Shown here piece by piece: positions 1 to 30,507 of a stretch of 64,000 bases of DNA. The position numbers and the translations under genes were made by a program. The stretch lies in assembly GCF_009914755.1 (NCBI RefSeq), contig NC_060925.1. The stretch is one strand, 5' to 3'. Each line of letters starts with the position of its first letter. The first letter of the stretch is position 1. The notes under the pieces are model-generated. The model searched no databases, was not told the DNA's origin, and saw only the letters and a program-made list of their open reading frames with translations. Source of the stretch: the human T2T-CHM13v2.0 reference genome, Homo sapiens.

Positions 1-319
1 GGAGTCTAAGAACAACAAGCTGAGCTGCTGTAGAGATGGATCAAAGGTCAAAGAAGGCTTGGATCAGACAGACCTGGCAAAGTGAGGAACCATCAGGGCA
101 GAAGCTTGAGTCCACAAACTCAAGGCAGAGCAGTTTATTCAGGCTTCCAACCCTAGATCCGTACCCAGGACAGAAAACACATATCCCCTTAGGAGAAGCT
201 GAGTGGACTGACAGGCTGGAGGAATGATGTCAGGTACCAGCACAGGCTGTGGTTGCCTCCCAGCCAGGAAGAGGGTTAAGGATGCAACGACCTCCTGTAG
301 GTGCCAGAGGCCTGCTCAC

Positions 320-468
320 CAGTTTTCAGATTCACTCCAGCACCAAATCGATGATCTCCTTCCCCGCAGTGTAGTGGCCACGGGCACAGTTGTTGGCAGC
401 ATCTTCCACGCCAGATATCAGCTGTTCAGGGTGGAACAGCTGCCTATAAATGTCAGTTCTTACCCCAT
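320..468 (-). pseudogene. Alpha-tubulin pseudogene exon 3 (149 nt)
   Basis: Translates (D)[47 protein letters not shown], versus canonical [50 protein letters not shown]. Acceptor cctttcttcccctcaAG, donor GTGAG at 319-315. 149 nt equals the canonical exon 3 length. Confidence 0.95.
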
Positions 469-629
469 CTTGAGGGGAAGAAAGGACAAAGGTAAGACAA
501 GCTGGTTCATTCCCCAAGGGAACGCCAGACACCAGAACCTTTGCTGCTAAGCCTCCCCAGGTACAACTGCTCAACAGAGTGATGATGCACGGCATCTTCT
601 TTTTCTTTTCTTTCTTTTTTTTTTTTTGA

Positions 630-752
<123 letters not shown>

Positions 753-894
753 TAAGGCCAGGTCCTGCCTGGGCTTGAGACGGGGAGAGCAGGTGGCACC
801 TTCAGTGGTCCCTTCCCTCTACAGCGACTTCATTGTGCTAGGTGAGGAATCAGAGTGGTGTTAAGGAGAATCTCACTTCACTTTCGAATAGGGT

Positions 895-963
895 AAGAAT
901 ACAGACTAATGTAAATTTTCACCATGGAAAAAGAAAAGAAAAAAAAAAGAATACAGACTAATG
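895..963 (+). mobile_element. Tiny L1-mediated retro-insertion (16-nt body plus A tail, 17-bp TSD)
   Basis: AAGAATACAGACTAATG at 895-911 and 947-963 flanks TAAATTTTCACCATGG plus an A-rich tail. Confidence 0.7.
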
Positions 964-1554
964 AAGAAACCCAGTGCACCATTTAACATCTAAAATAACA
1001 GCTTTAAAAAATGGAGGAGGGGTAGAATTGTCACGATTAGAAAACAGAGGAGATCCAGATGCAGAAGGGAGGAAGCAGGAAAGCCTCCGGAAGCCGGCAA
1101 CAGCCAAGTTCACATAGGCCCACATCCTACGTGGGGGGGGCCTATTTCAGTTAAGGCTAAGCAGGAGGCCAGTATGAATGTTCTTGGCTCCCTGCTTCTT
1201 ACGCAATGGGCCACCCTCAAGAGTCTGAGGACAGGGAAAAGCAAGTTTTAAATTTCTGCTTTTACATCTGCTCCTTTCTGCAGTCTGCGTTCTAGGCCTG
1301 ATCCCTGACTCCTATCTGGCAGTTTCCTGGCAGAGTTGTGCGAATGATCTTCCTCTCAATATAGGAAGCCCCCAGGACCTCTTCTGAGGACAGAGTCTAG
1401 ACAAAAGCAATAGACTTCAGACTTCAATGCTGTTCATGGCAGGGGACTGCTTCCATCTCAAGTATTTTCCCCTTAAGCAGAGCTCCCATCTGACATTGGC
1501 GCTAGCAAAAACTATGGCCTGGGGGAAGGAGCCCCCACTCCTCCGTCCACTCAC

Positions 1555-1775
1555 CTATGACAGCAGGCTCCAGGTCCACAGACAGCCCAGGACACATGCC
1601 TGCCAGGCTGGGTCTCCCTGAAGAAGGTGTTGAAGGAGTTATCACTGCTCCCCAGGGCCTTGTGGCTGGGCATGGTGCCACTGGGCTGGATGTCGTGCTC
1701 CAGGCAGTACAGCTCCCAGCAGGCATTGCCCATCTGCACTCCGGCCTGGCCCACATGGATGGAGATGCACTCACA
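1555..1775 (-). pseudogene. Alpha-tubulin pseudogene exon 2 (221 nt, frameshifted)
   Basis: [65 protein letters not shown], then a frameshift, then VDLEPAVI. Acceptor ctcaccctcacAG, donor GTGAGT. Two nt shorter than the canonical 223 nt. Confidence 0.95.
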
Positions 1776-2926
1776 CTGTGAGGGTGAGCAGAGGAATATG
1801 CCAGGGCATGAGTGGTGTGGAGTGAAAAGGTGGGGACTTGAAAAGCCTTCCCTGGGAGCACCCCTTGTCTTTCCTCCCTAAAGGCTGAAGCTTAGTGTTA
1901 CCTAGTCCAAAGTTCAGACGACTGGCCGGGTGCAGTGGCTCATACCTATAATCCCAGCACTCTGGGAGGCCACGGCAGGCAGATCACCTGAGGTCAGGAG
2001 TTCGAGATCATCCTGGCCAACACAGTGAAACCCCACCTCTACTAAAAATACAAAATTAGCCGGATGTGGTGGTGGGCGCCTGTAGTCCCAGCTACTCAGG
2101 AGGCTGAGGCAGGAGAATCACTTGAACCCGGGAGGCAGAGGTTGCAGTGAGCCGAGATCACAACACTGCACTACAGCCTAGGCGAGAGAGCAAGACTCCA
2201 TCTCAAAAAACAAACCAAAAAACCAAAGTCCAGAAGACTCGGTTCTCTTTCCAAGCCTTCCCATACTTTAAGCCAAACCACCTTCAGGCCCTCATTTTCC
2301 TTCATTCACTCAGAGCTTAAGAAGGTGGTTATGCCTAGGTCTCTGGGGCAGGAACTAGAGAAAGCCAAAACCAAATAGCCAAATCCCACTGCACAGTGTC
2401 CTCCCTGCTGTTTGGGGTGCCTTGGGAAAGCTCAGAGTCCTGTATTCCAAGACAGGCCCACCAAGAGCTTCTAGATTCAAGCACTGGGGCCTAGAAGAGG
2501 AGGTCTCCCATGGGCAGCAACTGTCTCCCCCACATCCCAAAAGGGCAGAAGACTAAGTTCAGACCTGTGGATCAACTGAGGAAGCAGCCTTGGAGTTAGA
2601 GCTAGCCTTCTGAAAGCTCACCCACAAACTCCCCTTTTGGGGGGACAGGCACCTACTCTAGACACCTGTCCCTGCCAACTGCAGTACAGGCAAGCTAATC
2701 CAAGTCAGTACTCCTAAATTAAGCGTCGCAGCGGAGACCAGAAGACCCACCCTACCTTTCGACTCTTTTCACTCAGGTAACTCCTATGATGGATAAACCC
2801 TCCCTCCCTTCTTCTGGTCCTTCACCCAACCCACGGTCTAGGGGGTCAATTTAAAAGGGCCGAGCACCTCCCAGATGTAGAAGGGATCTTCTAGGGTGAC
2901 AGTAGGCAACAGTTTAACAGTCTTAG

Positions 2927-3331
<405 letters not shown>

Positions 3332-3599
3332 TAGGCGTGAGCCACCGCGCCTGGCCAGTCAAGTTCTCAGTTTTAACAGAGGGACCTCAAGTCCTTGGGC
3401 ACCAAACAGGAGAAAAGTGGAGTCAAGAACATTCTTTTCAAGGCCCCAAGAGCTTACAGGAATCCCTAGTCAAGTATGGGGCCAAAGGGCGAGGACCTCT
3501 ACCTCTGGCCAGAGTCGGGCGCCCAAGACAAAGACATTCAGGGGAACAGGTTTTGAACTGGAGAAACCTGTTAGAGCTTCCCAATCATCCTGGACCTTG

Positions 3600-4500
3600 C
3601 CTCCTGCGCAGCAATGTGATCTCAGAGGGAGGCGGGGACCGCAGCTACAAGCGGGCACCTCTTTGTCCAGGACCGCAGCGGGAGAAATACGGGGCGGGCC
3701 CTAGGTCCCCTCCAGGCTCCAGAGCGCGCTCTGCCGCAGAGCCGACTCCGCTGCCCGACCTTGAGCGCAGCGCACAAACGACCCCACCATGTTCTCGCCC
3801 ACGCTTTACCGCTCGCCAGCCTCCCTAGTCCCTCAGCGCTTCTGGGGCGCTCAGAACGTTTCTAGCTCGCACCGCCTCCCGTAGGGGAAGCAGGGTAGAA
3901 AAGTGGTGCCGGGACTCCTCGGGCGTCCCCGGGTTTTCTGCAGAGCCCACCTTCGCCCTGAACGCCCAAACACCCCTGGCATCCCCGCGCAGCCCACCCC
4001 ACACCCTGGACTGCCGGGGCGCCCTTCCGTTTTGCGCTGCGGGCCCTTCCCACCGACCCCCCGTGCGCCCCCGGCATCCTCCCCATCGTGCGACACCCTC
4101 CCCCGCACAGCATCCTTCACCATGGTTGATCCAGTAGTTGAAGTTGGAGGGTCGCTGACTGCAGACACCATACGGGTCTCCAGCAACACCACGAATCCCA
4201 ACGCGCGGTTGCTGGCGGGACCTTATAAATCCCCGGAGAGCCGCCGGTTGTGTCTCCTGGCGGGGACTCCCATTGGGTCGCAGCTGGACAGAGATCGGAT
4301 CGTCCCCCGCGCGACTCTCACTGGGCCAGGCCCCCACCGAGGCCCGCCCCTCTCTCCGCTATTGGCCAGCCGCTTACGAAACAGCCCCGCCGCAGCGGTC
4401 ATTGGGCAGTTGGTAAAGCCAAAGGGAGGCAGAGTCGGGCGTCCGCGTCCTCCCGGCCAGCTCGACCGTCTTCTCTATTGGGGTGAGTGCTGGGTCTACG
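3600..4500. promoter_or_regulatory. CpG island and core promoter of the tubulin pseudogene, probably bidirectional
   Basis: Dense CpG. TTATAAA at 4223-4229, about 100 nt upstream of the tubulin ATG. ATTGG (CCAAT on minus) at 4272, 4361, 4401 and 4477. GC box GGCCCGCCCC at 4341-4350. Plus-strand donor GG|GTGAGT at 4483-4488. Confidence 0.8.
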
Positions 4501-4779
4501 AGGTGGAATCTTTGGGGGAAACACCCTCATTCTGTTTTAGTTTTAGGACTTTGCACCAGTGACACCGCTGACCTGATTCGAAAAGTGTGTCGGCCTTGGA
4601 GAAGGGTGCATACTTAAGTTCAGCAACCACTGCAGAAGGAAAGATGCTGTGATGAGAACCGACTGCTGGGAGTTTCCAGAGCGGGACAAAATGCGGCTGG
4701 GGTGGGTAGGATAGGCAAACAGGCATGGGAAAGGACATTGCAGGCGCCGGTAGTTGACGTTTACTTCCCTTTTGACCGG

Positions 4780-4990
4780 AGCAACTGCTCAGGTTCAGGT
4801 GACTCGGGTTCCTGCAAGAGCAAGGGGTCCGGGCTGGCCAAAGCAGACTGAGGAGGGCCTGTAGGGTGGAGGTGAAAAGGAGGCGTGGGGCCTTCAATGC
4901 TAGGCTGGAGAGCTTGCATATAATTTCCCTGGCATATAATTTCAAACCATCGAGGGGTTTTGAGCAGAGGAGTGATGTGATCACTGCAGC
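4780..4990 (-). mobile_element. L2 LINE fragment
   Basis: Resembles the antisense L2 3' region (aaaccatcgagggggttttgagcagaggagtgatgtgatc). Confidence 0.5.
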
Positions 4991-6270
4991 ATTCTGAGCA
5001 GTACTTAGATGTTACTTGTGCATTATTTTTTTCCAGTGGTGGTTTCATATTGTTCCATGCTAAAGAGCATTCACATACTTTTCCCTTTTTCCAAACTTTT
5101 CCTTAGCTGAGACGTTTTACTTCGAAATATCTAAGTGTAACAAATTAGCTCCTTTCTTTTTGGGAGGGTTAATTGGTGTTTGGTTTATCAAATGATTGGC
5201 CACCCCGCCCAGTGATTACCCTTAGTATTTGTGAGGCACATTCCGGAGGAACCCAAAGCATCGCCATCTCCTCTTCATCCCCACTTCCCAGTGGACAGGT
5301 GATTGCATCCAGTTTGTATAGAATCAGGCTTGGAGACTTGAATTACCTGAGGAAAATCTGCAGCTGATATGACTTTCTGCTGATAGAACTCAGGAAGACC
5401 CTGTCACTGGCCAGTGTGACATCAGACCAGCTGTCCCCTGGATGCCTGCACCCATTTTTACACAAGACTCTAGCCATGTCATTCAAAACTGTCCTGAAAT
5501 GTTTTGAAACGAAATGCTTGGTCAGGTGACTCAAGAAGGTTTAAGTCCAGAGTGCAGAGGTTAACTTCAAAGTCTGTAAAGTATTCTTTGGTCTCAATCC
5601 TTGTTAATGGGCTTCATGAGGCTGCCAGCTCTAAAGTAGACGCCTCTGGTTAGGGGATAAGGTGAGAGAATGTGGGCAAACATCCAAATAAGTGCTTTGA
5701 AACCTCATGTATATAGAGTTAAGACACGGCTATTCATTGGCTGTCACTACCCCTAGCAAAACAACTCAAATGTTGCATTTGAGTTGTTGCCTTCGACTGA
5801 AGGCAGGCCTATCAATGATTAAAATAAAGCTACCTAGTAATAAACTCAAAACATCATAAACTCAACACTATCATCTCTTGCTTGCCTCACCTCATGAAGC
5901 ACTCATTCCACCTGCTGGTAGAGTCAGCCAGTTAAAAATGTCTTTCCATTCCTGAGTTGACTCTAACCCAGGGATTATAAATACATTTGAAACAGTGACA
6001 TTCAGTGTTATTTATGGAAGCTGCACAATCCCCCATCCCCGCCATTGGCAGTGCACTTCTTTACATCAAACTGATGAAAACTAATCCTCTTATAAGCTGT
6101 TTGGAGTTATTTCTATTATCCAGACTGCCTTCTAGCTTAGAGTTTTATTTCTAACTTTTCCTCCTCCTCTACTCTATATCACCCTACTTAACTCCTTTGC
6201 CATTACAGGCACACCATTTTCACATACCTCTTCAGGAATTTAAAATATTCCAAAATTCAAAGAGTCTCAT

Positions 6271-7130
<860 letters not shown>

Positions 7131-7299
7131 TAATCCTCGATTTATAAGAGATCTCTTAATCTTAAGGAGAGATGAGGTGTGAAGGTCATTCTTCTGTAAC
7201 TTCTTCTTGCTGATTTTATGGGCATAAGATTGGAGAAGTAAAAATTATCTGTTTGCCCCATCTATGGGCCCAAAGGTGTCTTTATTTCCTGGGTCAGAA

Positions 7300-8880
<1,581 letters not shown>

Positions 8881-9199
8881 ATGTAATTATATATTAAAGA
8901 GCTTTGCTTGTTCTATTATACATTGACCCCCGAACCAAACATTATCAATACACTGTGTATCCATGGGTTTCCATGATCCCAAATGAGAGACAAGTTATTT
9001 ATAGGCTGATTGAATGGATGACCACATAGCCACAGGTATAATCCGTTGGGGGTGCAAACCTGTATGGGATGGGAGTTGTTAAGAAGGTTGAGTACCTGTA
9101 GGAGGGACTGAGGATGTTACTTATCTCTTTCTTTGCAAAACAACAGCTTTAGATCTTCTAGGGGTTCACAAGTGTAGGTTGTGGTGTCTTTCTCAGGTG

Positions 9200-9720
9200 C
9201 CTGTGGGGACTTGTAAAAAACAGGTTTAATCTTGGACAGGTGTACTCAGCTAGTGAGTCCCCGAGGCTTAACAGCAGTGGGGGTGCCGTGCTTAACAATA
9301 CTCCCCAATAAGGGCCCTTTCATTTTAGTTGTAATTGATTTTGGGGAGATCCTCCTTTCCAAGGTTTTTTTTTTTTTCTTTTTTTTTTTTTAACAGTCTT
9401 CCTCTGTCACCCAGGCTGGAGTACAGTGGCATGATCTTGGTTCACTGCCACCTCCATCTCCCAGTGCAAATGATTCTCCTGCCTCAGCCTCCTGAGTAGC
9501 TGGGATGACAGGTACCCACCACCACACCTGGCTAATTTTTGTATTTTGAGTAGAGACGGGGTTTTGCCATGTTGGCCAGGCTGGTCTTGAACTCCTGACC
9601 TCAGGTGATACACCCACCTCAGCCTCCCAAAGTGCTAGGATTACAGGCGTGAGCCACTGTGCCCAGCCTTCTTTCCAAGTTTTTAATAAGACTAAGTCTC
9701 CTGGTTGAATAGGGGAGCTA
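9200..9720 (-). pseudogene. ERV pol integrase C-terminal remnant split by an Alu (9365-9668)
   Basis: [15 protein letters not shown], then the Alu, then SPQNQLQLK*KGPY..PTAVK..VHLSKIKP (gammaretroviral GPY/F module). Confidence 0.8.
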
Positions 9721-9724
9721 CGAA

Positions 9725-10403
<679 letters not shown>

Positions 10404-10438
10404 GTCAAGGTATGCCAGAGGCAGTATTAAAAAATGAA

Positions 10439-14065
<3,627 letters not shown>

Positions 14066-14333
14066 CCATGGTCAACTCTAGTTTTAAAGCAATCCAAAGT
14101 ATCCTGATAAACCTGCATCCTTTCTCTCTATATATCCTCCCCATCCTCCTCCACCACATAGCAATGAAGTGACACTGTGAATTGAAGTAACACCCATCAG
14201 TCTGGGCAAGGGAAGGATAAAAGAAGTTCGATGGAGAGGCTTTTATGGGAACAAGAATATCCTGTTAACCTAGTGGTGAAGAATCAAGGTAAACAGTGAT
14301 AGACCAGGACTATGTTTCAGGATTTATTCTTGA

Positions 14334-15868
<1,535 letters not shown>

Positions 15869-15904
15869 CCCCGACTATTCCTGTATCAGAAATGTAACTC
15901 ACCC

Positions 15905-17895
<1,991 letters not shown>

Positions 17896-18121
17896 AAATA
17901 TAATTCGCTCTAACCTCTAGCTCCATTTTCAAAAGTCTGCATGAACTTCTTTAAATTAGTCCCATTAAAATGATAACACTACTCAGCAGAGTTTATTTTA
18001 AATTCTCTTCAAAACTATTTACTGAACTATTATAAATTTGTCAGACACTAGGCCATGCACCAAGAGCAAATAGGATATTCTGAGTCCTTATTCTTATGAA
18101 ATTTATCATCCTTAGAAGTGA

Positions 18122-20442
<2,321 letters not shown>

Positions 20443-21639
20443 ATCAAGTTTCCACTGTATTCTTAATTTTGATTATTGGATTCTTACAAATTCTAGAATT
20501 TACTTTTTAAAAAAACATGTTCATGTAGCTGCTGAATTCCCAAACTAGTGTCTCTCCTTGAACATGGTAAGCAGTTATTTTAGTCTGATAGCACCGATGT
20601 CTCCAGCCACTGTGGGCCTGCTATCTTGTCTCACGTGCCTGGTTACATCTTGTTGTACTCAGGATATTGTATTAGCAAAATTGTAGAAAGAATCTGGGTT
20701 TAGGATAATAATAACATCCTCTAGAGAGGGGTTTTGTTTGCTTATCCAAAGAGTTTGGGCAAACTACCACTCTGGGATCACCTTAATCTAATTTCAAGGA
20801 TTAAGATCCGTAATCGGAGGCTGGGCTGCAGTCCCGAGAGCCTGTTTCCTACACCGCCTCACCCTTATTCCTGGGGTGCAAAAGACTGAGGGCTTCAACC
20901 AAAAGTGAGTAACACCACCAAGTCCATCGCCCTTTCACAGGCCCCATCCCCTACTTCTGAAAGGCTGCTAAAATCACTGCTAAGCCTCTGAATCACCTCC
21001 AAGTTTGGCAAATGCTCCCAGGAGAACGGTGGCCCTCACACCAAGCCCACCTCCCAGGGTTCCCATCTCCTCTGCTGTCCTGGTTTAGCAATTCTTCAAA
21101 GTCAAGTCGGCTCTCTTGGTGTGTTCACACAGATTTCTAAAGTATTTTGTCCAGCCTTTCTAGTTAACCAGTGAGCTGGGTAGTCCAAAGGACCTATCCA
21201 CCATTATCAGAAGCAGAAGTCCTCATAGTTACTCAGTTACATGTGTAGCCTCATATACAACATGGTGACAGTTTGTGAAATGTCAGTACACCACTGCCCA
21301 TCTTTGATTCCATGTTTTTGTAAAACAACAGACAATTATGTGGAAACAATCAGGCTTTCACAAAATCAACTGCTCTCCCCAATAGAAAACGGAAGTTTCT
21401 ATACTCGGAGCAGAAAGCACAGGTTGCCTCTATCTACCCACAGCAAATAGCAGCTGATTCACAAGTATGTACTGAGAGCCTATTAGGTGTGAGGGAAATG
21501 AAGAAATGACGTTTGCATTTTATAGCTGACTAGATAATCAGTTGGTTGACCTTAAGCTAAACCCCAAGGTTCAGGTTTCAGCTCTCCTTTGTTTTTTCAA
21601 TTTATATATTCTTCCCAAGGACATGCAGAAATCTAATTT

Positions 21640-23657
21640 CCATTGCTTAAATGCCTTTATTTCTTTCAGATCAAACTGAAAAGGCAGAATAGCAACCTGA
21701 TATTTTTGGCTACTAGGGCAACATTTGGCAGTTCTCAAAAAAGGAAATAGAAATGACCGATACGTATATAAAAGTTTCACTAGAAATAAAATAAATGCAA
21801 ATTAAAACAATGAAATACTATGGTTTCCTATTCAAGTCGCTATATATTTTTTTGTTGTTACTGTTGTTGTTTGTTTGAGACAGGGTCTCACTCTGTTGCC
21901 CAGGCTGGAGTGCCAGTGGTGTGATCTTGGCTTACTGCAGCCACCATCTTTGGGGCTCAAGTGATCCTCCCACCTGAGCCTCCCAAGTAGCAGGGACTAC
22001 AGGTATACACCACTATGCCCAGGTAATTTTGTTCATTTTTTAAATAGAGATGGGGTCTCACTATGTTGCCCAGGCTAGTCTCAAACTCAATTTAAAAAAT
22101 GCTTAGCTTAGGTTCTGGCTTGTGATGTGAGGGGCCATGTGCCCCTAGAGGCATCTACTTGGGTTTTGCTCCTGACTTGTGTGGATAACTCTGTTTTTCT
22201 GCACATGCCATAACGATGGACATGTGACCGTTTGTCGGAAAAACACAGTTCTCTCAATTGCTTACTAAAGCTCATTCAGGCTAATTGGAGAAGGAAGCCA
22301 TCTTTCCAGGGGAGTAGGTTGGTTGCAAAACTGTGCCCAAGGCCACCTTGCACTGCAGTCGGGGAGCCCTTAGAAAGTTTGGGGGTAAAGGAATGAGGAA
22401 GCAACTAGAAAACAATGGAAGGGACTTCAGATGGTAAGGTTTCTGTTTAGTACTTATTTCAATTTTAGGCCTCCTGAATAGTAGAGGTGGTGACAGGAGG
22501 ATACCTGAAACCTTGGTTATATAATAAACTTCCTTCTACGACAGTGAGTCATTTCAGAATAGAAATGATGGAATAATTGGAAATCAAGTTGAAGGCTTAA
22601 ACACGTCTGCTGATATCAAACTGTTAGAGCAGCCCCGGAGCTATGGAAATTTGTATCCATGCATCTGGATGGAAGTTTGTATCCTGGGTTGGCACAGAGA
22701 TTCCAGTTGAACCAAAACTCCATGAGGACCATGCCCAGTAGGTTCAGTAAATGATACTATCCATTAAAGAAGTCTTGCCTATGAACAAAAGAAGAAAGTT
22801 ACTTGTCCAGATGTGGCAAATTATAAACTTTTGTATAATGTGGCAAAGGCCTAACCCTCATATCCTACACCCTCCACTCTCATTCTAAGAGAGCCTGAGT
22901 AAACAGCCAGGGCTGGGTTTTCCTTGAATGGCTGCCAGATGGGGTTAAAATCTGCTTCTCACCTTCTAGGCTGTAGCAGTGAGGAGCTAATATAAAAAGA
23001 AACTACAAGATTTCAAGGGAAGAGGGACCACACCCATCTTCACAATAAAATGTCATTCTCAACCTAGAGCAGAGGTGCTCAAACATGGTATTAGAGATGC
23101 ATCCAAAGTAATGTTTCTGGTTAGTGGTTTAAATACTGAGTTTTGAAAATGCTTTACTTTTAGAAAGAATAAATTACTGTAGATCACAAGGGTAGCCATA
23201 CAACAAAGTCACTCTCAGATATTTGTATGCCTTCTTGAATGAGAAAAAGGCAGATTTCAACTATTAGTACATAAGCATCTTTTGTTATGTGTCATCATAG
23301 CTAAAAGGTTGAATACTGCTCTTCTAGAGCAAGAAAAAGCGGGAGCCCCTGGGCAAAACAGAGCCTAGGGAGAATGCCAGGGAAGAGATGAGATTTTTGG
23401 AGGTAAGCACAGTGTCCCAAAACTGGGGGAAAAGGGAGCTTAGGAAATGTGATACAAAGTGAACTAAGCAGGAGGCATGTACTTGAGGCTTTAGGAAGCA
23501 GGATTAACCCTCTGCATGTTCAAATGGACATGCTGGTACTCAGTATTTATATTAGCACAGACAAGAAGGCAGCGGAACAGTTATACCACATTAAAGGCCA
23601 GTTCTTGTGGGGAGTAGGTTTATCTTTGGAGATGGAGCTGAGTACCCCTCCCCTCAG
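21640..23657 (-). other. RABIF: RABIF 3' UTR (distal end approximate), containing a partial Alu at about 21845-22088
   Basis: Follows the stop codon at 23658. Candidate AATAAA on minus at 21661-21656. The true end could lie elsewhere. Confidence 0.55.
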
Positions 23658-23903
23658 TTACTCATGGGAAACTCGTTCCAAGGCCACATAGAAACTGTTC
23701 TTGTCATCTAGGCAATGCCAGCCAATTGGTCCAATTTCACAGTCTGCGCAGACCAGAAACTTGATGTTGCCCACGTCCTTGGTGAAGCCCACATTCTCAA
23801 AAATGAACATGTCCTCAACCAGCCAGTGTTCCTGGAGGAGATCGCCGTCAGGATTGCTGCCGTCAGACAGAGCTGGCTTCTTTCTCATGGAGGGAAGGAA
23901 AAG
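23658..23903 (-). CDS. RABIF: RABIF/MSS4 coding exon 2 (81 aa plus stop)
   Basis: Acceptor tctttcccactgcAG. LFLPSMRKKPALSDGSNPDGDLLQEHWLVEDMFIFENVGFTKDVGNIKFLVCADCEIGPIGWHCLDDKNSFYVALERVSHE*, containing the second zinc-binding CxxC. Confidence 0.98.
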   Translation of the reverse strand, partial: LFLPSMRKKPALSDGSNPDGDLLQEHWLVEDMFIFENVGFTKDVGNIKFLVCADCEIGPIGWHCLDDKNSFYVALERVSHE

Positions 23904-24038
23904 CTGCAGTGGGAAAGAACATAAAGAACGCAGAAGTTGAACTGGCCCAGTTCCATCAACACCCCCGTTCTAGGTACACTTCACATTGCTCCCTAGCAGG
24001 AATGACAAAAAAAGAGAAGCCCTCTCATTAAGCTGTAG

Positions 24039-26010
<1,972 letters not shown>

Positions 26011-27064
26011 ATACTGTTACTCCAGTCATTCTTTTTGCCTCATGTTAAAGGTGTCCTTAACACTTTGTTCTACCTTAAACAAAAACAGCAACAAGTAGAG
26101 GCAAAGAGAGTTAGGAATCAAAATTAAGGAACCAGGAAACCTGAATTCTAGTCGCATCTGTAACTTTCTGTGGGCCTCAATTTTCCTAAATGTATTTCTG
26201 GCTTATCCCCTATACTGTAGGTGTGAAATCTCACATATCTTCACATAGATGGAGTAAACTTCAGTGGACTAGTTAAGACATCTAACCAATCAACCAAGAA
26301 TTCAGTGTGTCCAACAAAACAGAAAACTGACTAAAGCATTAGTGTTCAGGAGGTGCCCAACAAAAGATCACCACCTTCCCTCTCTCGGTTCCCATTTGTA
26401 GCACAAAGCATCACCTGTCCAGTTGTCTCTCCTTTGATTTGTGATTTAAAGGTACTACCATAATTAACGGTCCATTCAAGGCATCATATTGGGTCCTGTT
26501 TGCTCTATTCCTCAACATTCCCATTTTAACTTAGATCATCTAAGTCAGGCCCACAAGACTATACTTATATATATGCATATGTATGTGCATCTCTGCCTGG
26601 ATCTCAACCTATTCACTGCAATGCCAAGGACCATTGCTAGGGCCAGGAGATTAGCTATAACATCCGGAATGTAATGAGGCTTTCTGGATAGACTACTGGG
26701 GATGGCAACAAAAAAATTAGTATGTAATTTGAGGCAAACTCAACTTGGTGCGAAGTTGCCAGTGAGATCTCTGACCAGATGGGTTGGTTACCTTTGTTCT
26801 GTCAGGACCCCAGCGAATCCTGGACAACCTCTTCAGAAATAGACAGAACGCCACAACTCAGTGAGACTCTGCTGATATACTACTAACAGCACCCTTTTAA
26901 AAATAAAATACTACCTTTCTCATTGTAAAAATACATTTTCATTATAGAAAACTTGGCAAGCATGCTATAATACAGATGAGAATAAAAACTGCTACAATAC
27001 AGAGTACACTTCTGTTAACTTTTTCGTAATTTTTTTCCCTTCTGGGAGTTACTTGTGTTGTTTT

Positions 27065-27960
<896 letters not shown>

Positions 27961-28833
27961 ACTAAAGAACTCTGGAATATAAGATACAGTAACTCCTAGG
28001 CCCTGGATCACCTCAAAGGTAGGACTGGCAATCTAGTTCTCCAACTGTTCCCATCTGCAGACTACTAGGCTATTGCACTGGGTGGAGCGAGAGAGAAAGC
28101 TGTAGGCCACCTCTAGCCAGACTCCTTACACCTTTCTGCAGGCTTAACGGCTGGGAGCGCTCCTTTAACACCTGCAGAGATGAGTAACAGCCCTGCTGTA
28201 ATTGCCCTAATGGTGGTTTATCTGCAATATGTCACAGTTATGAGAAAAAAGAGCTACCCCGAACCTTTACGGGGTTTACCCCAAAGCTTTAGTTAAGGAG
28301 CTCAGCATCTCAGAAGCTGCTTGTTCTCTCTAAGGATGGAACTGTTTTTCCCCACCTTAAAATGTGTGACACAGAGCAGGGAAAGGACTAATAAATAACT
28401 GGTTAGAATCTTCCATGAAATTTTCTACCTTCTATTTACATCATGTCCTAGAAGTTATATTTTTGCTCAAATTAGTATTTGAGAAAAGAAAGGGGAAAAC
28501 AATTAGGACTGACAGTAAGGAGAACACTGGGTTGGATTACAGCTGAGTTGCTTGAGTCCAGAAAAAGGGATAGGATTCTTCCAACAGTTCTTTCTCAAGA
28601 AATAGGAAATTTCCAGAAATACTGAAGCCATTGTTAAAAAACACAACCCCCAAAAAAAAACCCACCTTTTTGCCTTTTTAAAAGAGGGAAAACATTTTAA
28701 AACACATAAAATGCATTAAAAAAATTCTTAGGCCCCTTTCTAGAATAGGGACCACTGTGTTCGTTGAGAAACAAAAAGAAATGTAACATATATAATTTAA
28801 TTTGCTCACACAATTTTTGGCAAAATCAGTTTA

Positions 28834-30507
<1,674 letters not shown>

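Noticed and set aside
3337-4562. Long ORFs (163-219 aa) across the CpG island
   Set aside because: Pro/Arg/Gly-rich, overlapping on both strands, with no recognisable domain; expected from stop-codon scarcity in GC-rich DNA.
28190-28220. CTCF-like motif
   Set aside because: Core spacing does not fit the CCACCAGGGGGC consensus.
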